Source: Bacteroidota bacterium (lineage in GTDB: Bacteria > Bacteroidota > Bacteroidia > Chitinophagales > Chitinophagaceae). From it: a DNA stretch of 64,000 nucleotides. Below are positions 58,392 through 64,000 of the stretch, in pieces. The translations under genes were made by a program, and so were the position numbers. The notes beneath the pieces were generated by a model, which had not been told where the DNA came from, did no database searches, and saw only the letters and a program-made list of their open reading frames with translations. Numbering within the stretch: the first letter of the stretch is position 1; the number at the start of each line of letters is the position of its first letter. Location: NCBI GenBank assembly GCA_013286315.1, contig JABDFX010000005.1, forward strand, positions 6,435 to 70,434. The letters run 5' to 3'.

Positions 58392-58505
58392 TGGTTGGCG
58401 GTTGGCGGTTGGCGGTTGACGGTTGGCGGTTGGCGGTTGACGGTTTTTTTTCGTTGACCATAGACCAGAACAGCGTTAGGCGTTCCGCGTTAGGCGTTAC
58501 GCGTT
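58387..58505. repeat. Forward GTTGRCG array x7 (58394-58442) and reverse AACGCNN array x5 (58471-58505) between convergent genes
   Basis: Both arrays include or abut the flanking stop codons. Confidence 0.88.
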
Positions 58506-59024
58506 CAGAAGGCTCATCTCAAAAACATAATCATCCATAAAATATCCTCTTCCAATATCCAGCAATTCTTCTTTCTTTAGTACAAAACCCATCGATTTAT
58601 AAAAACCGACGGCTTTATTAAAGCGATTCACATTGAGCTGCAAAGATTTTCCACCGGCTTTCCTTATACGCGCGATTACATCGTTCAGCAGGATTCTTCC
58701 GAGTCCCTTTCCCTGCAAACGCGTATCTACGTAGATCTTATTTAATTTATATTCCCCGTTTTCTTTGAGTGGCGTATAAGAAGCATAACCGGAAGCCTTG
58801 CCTTCTGAATAAATGATAATAAAAACCTGACCCGATTCATATTGTTTCCTGAGATTTTCGGGAGTATAAAAAAGGTCCATCATATAATCAATCTGTTCCG
58901 GTTCAACTATCTCCTGATAAGTAATTGGAAATATCTGAAGCGCCAGTTCCCTTACCTGCCATAGCTCGTCTTTTGATAAATGCCGGACTTCCATCGTGGG
59001 AGTTACTGATTCCATATTGTGCAC
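58497..59024 (-). CDS. GNAT family N-acetyltransferase
   Basis: KLNKIYV...QGKGLGR, LNVNRFN.A..FY...GF. Confidence 0.9.
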   Translation of the reverse strand: MHNMESVTPTMEVRHLSKDELWQVRELALQIFPITYQEIVEPEQIDYMMDLFYTPENLRKQYESGQVFIIIYSEGKASGYASYTPLKENGEYKLNKIYVDTRLQGKGLGRILLNDVIARIRKAGGKSLQLNVNRFNKAVGFYKSMGFVLKKEELLDIGRGYFMDDYVFEMSLLNA

Positions 59025-59161
59025 TGATCATTTATTATAAAAATTCCTTTTTCTTTCAGTTTGCAAATATAAAAAACCAATGGAAAAAGGAGATTGAACA
59101 ACAGTTCTGAACGATACAAATATTAGTTATTGTTTTAGGCTGAATGCAATAGTAATGCTAT

Positions 59162-59189
59162 AAGCTTTGCGCTTTACACCTTAAGCTTA
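59162..59189 (-). repeat. Degenerate AAAGCNY array x4 after the sdaA stop
   Basis: Minus strand reads TAAGCTT AAGGTGT AAAGCGC AAAGCTT. Confidence 0.6.
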
Positions 59190-59191
59190 AA

Positions 59192-60613
59192 TCAGCATTC
59201 GGGCAAACTCAAAGGAACCTGTATTGCCAATCCCCCGTCGGAAGTTTCCTTGTATTTACTATTCATATCGAGTGCCGTGTCCCACATGGTACGGATGACA
59301 GCGTCCAGGGATACTTTCGCAAAATCAGGCATACTTTGCAGCGCGAGTTGGGAAGCTGTAATCGCTTTGATGGCTCCCATTGTGTTTCTTTCTATACAGG
59401 GCACTTGTACCAGTCCGCCAATCGGGTCGCAGGTGAGACCCAGGTGGTGCTCCATAGCGATCTCAGCAGCCATAAGTGCCTGCCGCTGTGTTCCGCCCAT
59501 GCTTTCTGTTAATGCACCTGCAGCCATGGCAGAAGAGACACCGATTTCTGCCTGACAACCTCCCATGGCTGCAGAGAGTGTTGCGCCTTTCTTAAATATG
59601 CTGCCAATCTCTGCAGCTGTTAACAGAAATGAAATGATTTTTTCTTCCGTAAAACCGTCTGTGAAAGAAATAAAATATTGCAATACCGCCGGAATCACAC
59701 CGGCAGCCCCATTGGTTGGGGCCGTGACCACTTTGCCGAAAGACGCGTTCTCTTCGTTCACAGCCAGAGCAAAACAGCTTACCCAATCCAGGATATACTG
59801 AAAATCCCTGCCTCCCGATTTTATAGCTTCAACCCATCCCTGGTAATCTGAATATTTTTTCCCTTTCAGTAGTTTTTTATTGAGTGCCGAAGCCCGGCGG
59901 TTTACCTGCAGACCACCTGGCAAAACACCCTCTGAATGACAACCCTTGTATATACATTCCTTCATCACCCGCCAGATATTGGAAAGTTGTTTCTTTACTT
60001 CCGCTTCTTCCCGCCAAACCAATTCATTCTCCATGACCACTTCATGAATGGTCAACCCGGTTTTCATACACCAGTGCAGTAAATTTCCAGCCGTGTCGAT
60101 CGGGAACGGCAGCTGTACAGTTTTTTTTTCCGCAAATGCCCCTTTTTCCTGCTCGATAAAACCGCCGCCTATGGAATAATAGGTTTCTGCAATGGGTTCA
60201 TGTGTATGAAAATCGGCCAGGAAGCTAAGCGCATTGGGATGATAGGGCAGGGATTCCTTTACAAGGAATTCAATATCCTCTGAAGGATCAAAAGTGACCG
60301 GGAGCCCCGGCGCAAGTGTTTTTTCTTTTTGAATCCGCTCAACAACAGACGGAATCGTCGAGGTATCAATTCCAACGGGATCATAACCAGCCAGGCCCAG
60401 CTGAATGGCAATATCGGTTCCGTGCCCTTTTCCGGTTTTTGCAAGGGAGCCGTACAATAAAACGCGCAGATGTTCAAGATCTTTCAGTATTCCCTTCCGA
60501 TCCAGCGACCTGATAAAAGCCTGTCCCGCCCGCCAGGGGCCCAGCGTATGAGAACTGGACGGACCAACCCCAATTTTGAAGATATCAAATACTGAAATAG
60601 GTTCGTACGGCAA
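59192..60613 (-). CDS. sdaA: L-serine ammonia-lyase (Fe-S, single chain)
   Basis: [57 protein letters not shown]. Confidence 0.95.
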   Translation of the reverse strand: MPYEPISVFDIFKIGVGPSSSHTLGPWRAGQAFIRSLDRKGILKDLEHLRVLLYGSLAKTGKGHGTDIAIQLGLAGYDPVGIDTSTIPSVVERIQKEKTLAPGLPVTFDPSEDIEFLVKESLPYHPNALSFLADFHTHEPIAETYYSIGGGFIEQEKGAFAEKKTVQLPFPIDTAGNLLHWCMKTGLTIHEVVMENELVWREEAEVKKQLSNIWRVMKECIYKGCHSEGVLPGGLQVNRRASALNKKLLKGKKYSDYQGWVEAIKSGGRDFQYILDWVSCFALAVNEENASFGKVVTAPTNGAAGVIPAVLQYFISFTDGFTEEKIISFLLTAAEIGSIFKKGATLSAAMGGCQAEIGVSSAMAAGALTESMGGTQRQALMAAEIAMEHHLGLTCDPIGGLVQVPCIERNTMGAIKAITASQLALQSMPDFAKVSLDAVIRTMWDTALDMNSKYKETSDGGLAIQVPLSLPEC

Positions 60614-60639
60614 GGAGTTTGTTTCGGCTAAATTACAAT

Positions 60640-60666
60640 AAAAAACCCTGAACTTATGTCCAGGGT
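60640..60666 (-). terminator. Intrinsic terminator upstream of sdaA
   Basis: Minus strand ACCCTGGAC-ATAA-GTTCAGGGT followed by a T tract. Confidence 0.65.
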
Positions 60667-60757
60667 AGGTTTAGCAGGTAGTGTGGTTACGGCAATTCGA
60701 ATAAAAATGTCAGCCTTGAACATAAAGACAGTGCCATAGTCTGAAATGCTGCACCGT

Positions 60758-61090
60758 TTATTTTTTTTCGGATTTTTCAAGCCTTTCCTTCTTAGCCAGC
60801 AATTCGATATATCGCTGTTCATTCTGTTCCCACTTAAATTTCCTGGAAAAAATGGCAACGAAAACCACGATAAGTATCAATGCCAGTAACAAAACACCGG
60901 GGTTGAAGTCCGGCGTATCACGCATCATGGTCGCCCTTTTATACCAGCCTGAAAAAAAATTCAGCGTGATCGGTATTACAAAAAGCAGCGCCAAGGGTAT
61001 TCCAAGCAGGAACTGCCGGAAAGTTCGTTTCTGTTTTTCCCGGTTTGCGGCCCAATAGATAATAAATGCTTCTTCCTGGTCACTGAGCAT
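60758..61090 (-). CDS. Hypothetical two-TM membrane protein
   Basis: F..YW..NR, two TM helices, WEQNEQRY.EL motif. Confidence 0.65.
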   Translation of the reverse strand: MLSDQEEAFIIYWAANREKQKRTFRQFLLGIPLALLFVIPITLNFFSGWYKRATMMRDTPDFNPGVLLLALILIVVFVAIFSRKFKWEQNEQRYIELLAKKERLEKSEKK

Positions 61091-61249
61091 TGTTTAATCG
61101 GTTTAAATTGACCACGAACACAAATATTGAACAAAATTGGAGGTTTCGGCAGGTATATGGTTAATTTTCAATATTTTATTTTAATTTTCGCATAATTATT
61201 TAGTCGGATTCACGTTCGTTAATTACTTTTAAAAGGTAAATCCAGGACT

Positions 61250-62176
61250 TTGAAGATACCCCAGTTGCTCGTGCAGTATTTGTATACTAACCGGAAGATG
61301 TCTCTTCCGGGTTTAGGTCATTTTACCCTTGACAAATCTGTCATACTTCCCGATGAAAACGATCGCAACCTGCATTCCACACCCAATGCGGTTCAATTTC
61401 AAAACGCAAATATAGTTGCAGCGGATAAAGAACTCATCAGCTTTATTTGTGAACAGACAGGAAAAATCAAACCACTGGCAATCTCCGACCTGGATTCTTA
61501 TCTGAACCTGGGAATGGAAATGCTGAATATCGGTAAACCATTTTACCTGGAGGGTATAGGAACGATTACTAAAAATAAAACGGGCAAATTTGATTTCAGT
61601 CCGGGAGAATATTCACTGATTAAAGAAACAAGCACGTCGGCTGATCACGATAAGAAAAAAGTATACGCTAAAGATAAAAAGCAACTGTCTGAAAATTTGC
61701 CGGTTCAAAACAGAACCGGACTAAAAATACTTGCGTTCCTGTCGGCTCTTGTGATTATAGGGCTGGGTGGATGGATGATGTATAAAAAAAGTGGTCAGAC
61801 TGTTTCCGAAAATAATCCGGATACCAGTACCGTCGTTCAGCAACAGGTGCCGGTTGCGGCTGATACGCTTAAACGAGATACCCTCCGAAAGGATTCAGTT
61901 AATATTTTACCTGCGAAGACGCCGAATCCGGTTCCGGTTGCCACTCTGCATGAAGGAACGCCCTATAAATTCATCATTTTGTCTACAGAAGATAAGCCGC
62001 GCGCCATGAGACGTTATAACCAGCTAATCGGATTCAACCTGAAAGCGCATTATTATCATGTGGATTCCACTTACAAAGTATTTTTTCAATTTCCCGCACT
62101 AGCCAGGGATACCACACATATCAAAGATTCCCTGCGCAAGGAATACGCAGCAGTCGTTACGATAGAAAAGGAATAA
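61250..62176 (+). CDS. HU/CCDC81-like N-terminal domains + TM + SPOR-like C-terminal domain protein
   Basis: LPGLGHF and LEGIGTI HU-like motifs, single TM, linker, C-terminal alpha/beta domain. Confidence 0.6.
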   Translation: MKIPQLLVQYLYTNRKMSLPGLGHFTLDKSVILPDENDRNLHSTPNAVQFQNANIVAADKELISFICEQTGKIKPLAISDLDSYLNLGMEMLNIGKPFYLEGIGTITKNKTGKFDFSPGEYSLIKETSTSADHDKKKVYAKDKKQLSENLPVQNRTGLKILAFLSALVIIGLGGWMMYKKSGQTVSENNPDTSTVVQQQVPVAADTLKRDTLRKDSVNILPAKTPNPVPVATLHEGTPYKFIILSTEDKPRAMRRYNQLIGFNLKAHYYHVDSTYKVFFQFPALARDTTHIKDSLRKEYAAVVTIEKE

Positions 62177-62239
62177 CCGCTTTCTTTAAATGGCTTCTCC
62201 TTCACTGGATTTTTGCTAACTTGAATTCAATTTAAAAAA

Positions 62240-63091
62240 TTGAATATGCATGTTATTGCTTTGTCATCATGGAGAAAATGTTTTATTCTGTCCGTTTCAT
62301 TGATTATGGTTGTTTGTTCAATATTTGCACAATCGTCTGCGGATAGCCTTGCCAGGGCTAAAAGAAATAAAGAAATGGGCGAGAGAGCCGCAGTAACAGA
62401 AATCTATATTCCCGTACCACCCGTAGTTACACCTGGTAAAACCGATGCAGAACCTCCATCGGATGCATTGATTTTATTTGATGGTAAAAACCTGGATCTC
62501 TGGCGTGCAGAGGGTCCTGATTCAACGAAGGCAGCGGGTTGGAAAGTACATGACAACATCGTGACCGTTGATAAAAAAGCGAAAGGCATTATGACGCGTC
62601 AGCGTTTTCAGGATTATCAAATGCATCTGGAATTCCGGATACCGGAAAATATTGCCGGTTCAGGCCAGGCCCGTGGAAACAGTGGCGTTTTTCTTGCCTG
62701 TATTTCAGACAGCGGCTCAGATGTGGGGTATGAGCTCCAGATACTGGATAATTATAATAACACGACTTATGTAAACGGGCAGGTTGGAAGTATTTACAAG
62801 CAAGGCGTTCCACTCGTTAATCCATCACGCAAGCCGGGAGAATGGCAGAATTATGAAATCGTATGGCAGGCTCCACGTTTCAAAGCAGATGGAACCCTTA
62901 ACTCACCAGGGCAGGTTACCGTTTTTCTGAATGGTGTGCTGGTACAAAACGACTATCATTTAATCGGAGGCACAGAGTATATCGGTTTCCCACACTATAC
63001 CAAACACGGTCCTGCACCGATCAAATTACAGGCGCATGGCGACGCGAGTGAGCCGATTAGTTTTCGGAATATATGGTTGAGACCATTATAA
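62240..63091 (+). CDS. DUF1080 (3-keto-disaccharide hydrolase-like) secreted protein
   Basis: PPSDALILFDG, GNSGVF, YELQILD, GEWQNY, LNGVLVQ, LQAHG, FRNIW. Confidence 0.88.
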   Translation: MNMHVIALSSWRKCFILSVSLIMVVCSIFAQSSADSLARAKRNKEMGERAAVTEIYIPVPPVVTPGKTDAEPPSDALILFDGKNLDLWRAEGPDSTKAAGWKVHDNIVTVDKKAKGIMTRQRFQDYQMHLEFRIPENIAGSGQARGNSGVFLACISDSGSDVGYELQILDNYNNTTYVNGQVGSIYKQGVPLVNPSRKPGEWQNYEIVWQAPRFKADGTLNSPGQVTVFLNGVLVQNDYHLIGGTEYIGFPHYTKHGPAPIKLQAHGDASEPISFRNIWLRPL

Positions 63092-63178
63092 TTGTCAATT
63101 GTCAATTGTTAATTGTTAATTGTTATTGAGCAGGGAATATTGCTTCATTGACAGTTAACAATTGACAATTAACAATTA
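63089..63178. repeat. Inverted pair of AATTGTY heptamer arrays between convergent genes, each beginning at a TAA stop
   Basis: T AATTGTC AATTGTC AATTGTT AATTGTT AATTGTT ... CATTGAC AGTTAAC AATTGAC AATTAAC AATTA. Confidence 0.9.
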
Positions 63179-64000
63179 TCTCGTGATATAAACCGCTCCA
63201 TCCTTCATTTGTTTCAGGACTACCATGTCTTTATGTTTAAGAATGGTATCGAGAGCGGGCATTTGCAGGTTCTCTTCATTCTGAAACCAGATCAGGTATT
63301 CATGGCGATGGTCGTAATATCCATGATAATACGCATCAACTTTTGTTGGAAAATCAATAAACGGAAGTTGCCGTGCGGGTTGGCCGGTTACAAAATAAAC
63401 TGCATCGCCGGCATTTGAATAAATGGGAGACTGAGGGTCAAAGATGTTTTTATTTGTTCTTAGAAACTGTACAATCTCAGACCGGGTAAAGGGATCTTCC
63501 TGGTAACCGGGGATGCCCGCATCTTTGACGCCATCATAATATTCCCAGTCGGCTGCCAGTTGTTTGTTTATGAACCAGGCAGTCAATAATAAAACCGGAA
63601 TTCCCAGGGCCCATTTCACCCGGATAGATTTTTCGCCGATATAAGAAGGTATCCAGCTACTAAGGCACCATAAGAGGAGAAGATAAATGGGTGATAACAA
63701 CCGGCTCGTAAAGGGTTCATAACGGGTAATACTATACGAATAAATCATGAATGACGAATAGATCATTCCGCTGACGGCAATGACATATTCCAATCCGTTT
63801 GCGGACCGTTTATAACGCCTGATAAATATGATGAATGCAAAAATTAATAAAACCAGGATCGTCAGAAATACGGCCAGTCCTGGACTTTTGTTCAACAATA
63901 ACCAGTCACAGAGTACGTCCCCGAAATATTCCATAATCTTGAGCAGCCCGACTTCACTTTTGGGTCGTATTCCGGTAGCCAATCCGGTTAACCAATAATT
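63176..64000 (-). CDS. Membrane protein, C-terminal part (possibly GT-C/ArnT-like); 5' end outside window
   Basis: Frame open to the window edge; several TM helices, RLLSP motif, periplasmic C-terminal domain. Confidence 0.55.
   Translation of the reverse strand, partial: NYWLTGLATGIRPKSEVGLLKIMEYFGDVLCDWLLLNKSPGLAVFLTILVLLIFAFIIFIRRYKRSANGLEYVIAVSGMIYSSFMIYSYSITRYEPFTSRLLSPIYLLLLWCLSSWIPSYIGEKSIRVKWALGIPVLLLTAWFINKQLAADWEYYDGVKDAGIPGYQEDPFTRSEIVQFLRTNKNIFDPQSPIYSNAGDAVYFVTGQPARQLPFIDFPTKVDAYYHGYYDHRHEYLIWFQNEENLQMPALDTILKHKDMVVLKQMKDGAVYITR

Overview
A 64-kb stretch of chromosomal DNA from a Bacteroidota organism, probably Chitinophagaceae. This is inferred from gene content and from TAnnTTTG promoter motifs. 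Most of it is housekeeping and envelope genes: yajQ, rpmE2, tpiA, lepA, a gmhA/hddA/gmhB/hddC heptose cluster, glycosyltransferases, dgoK/aldolase, ribokinase, a UbiD-family decarboxylase, amt, sdaA and others. There are two tRNA genes, Pro-GGG and Ser-TGA. No integrase, transposase or CRISPR array is visible. The unusual signals are non-coding. (1) tRNA-Pro is preceded by two tandem 309/310-bp units. Each unit is a tRNA-Pro 5' fragment whose 17-nt anticodon arm is replaced, at exactly the same length, by a GC palindrome, and it is fused to a minimal GIY-YIG nuclease gene. Extra copies of the tRNA 3' end lie downstream. (2) tRNA-Ser is followed by a highly structured 146-nt insert and an 18-bp copy of the tRNA 3' end whose T-loop is replaced by a palindrome. 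(3) About 20 short tandem arrays of 7/8-mers, in at least four sequence families, sit at gene boundaries. They point into the intergenic space, often contain the neighbouring stop codon, and keep their unit order between loci. (4) A small secreted protein is built from DTVPK repeats. All functional assignments come from motif recognition without database searches.
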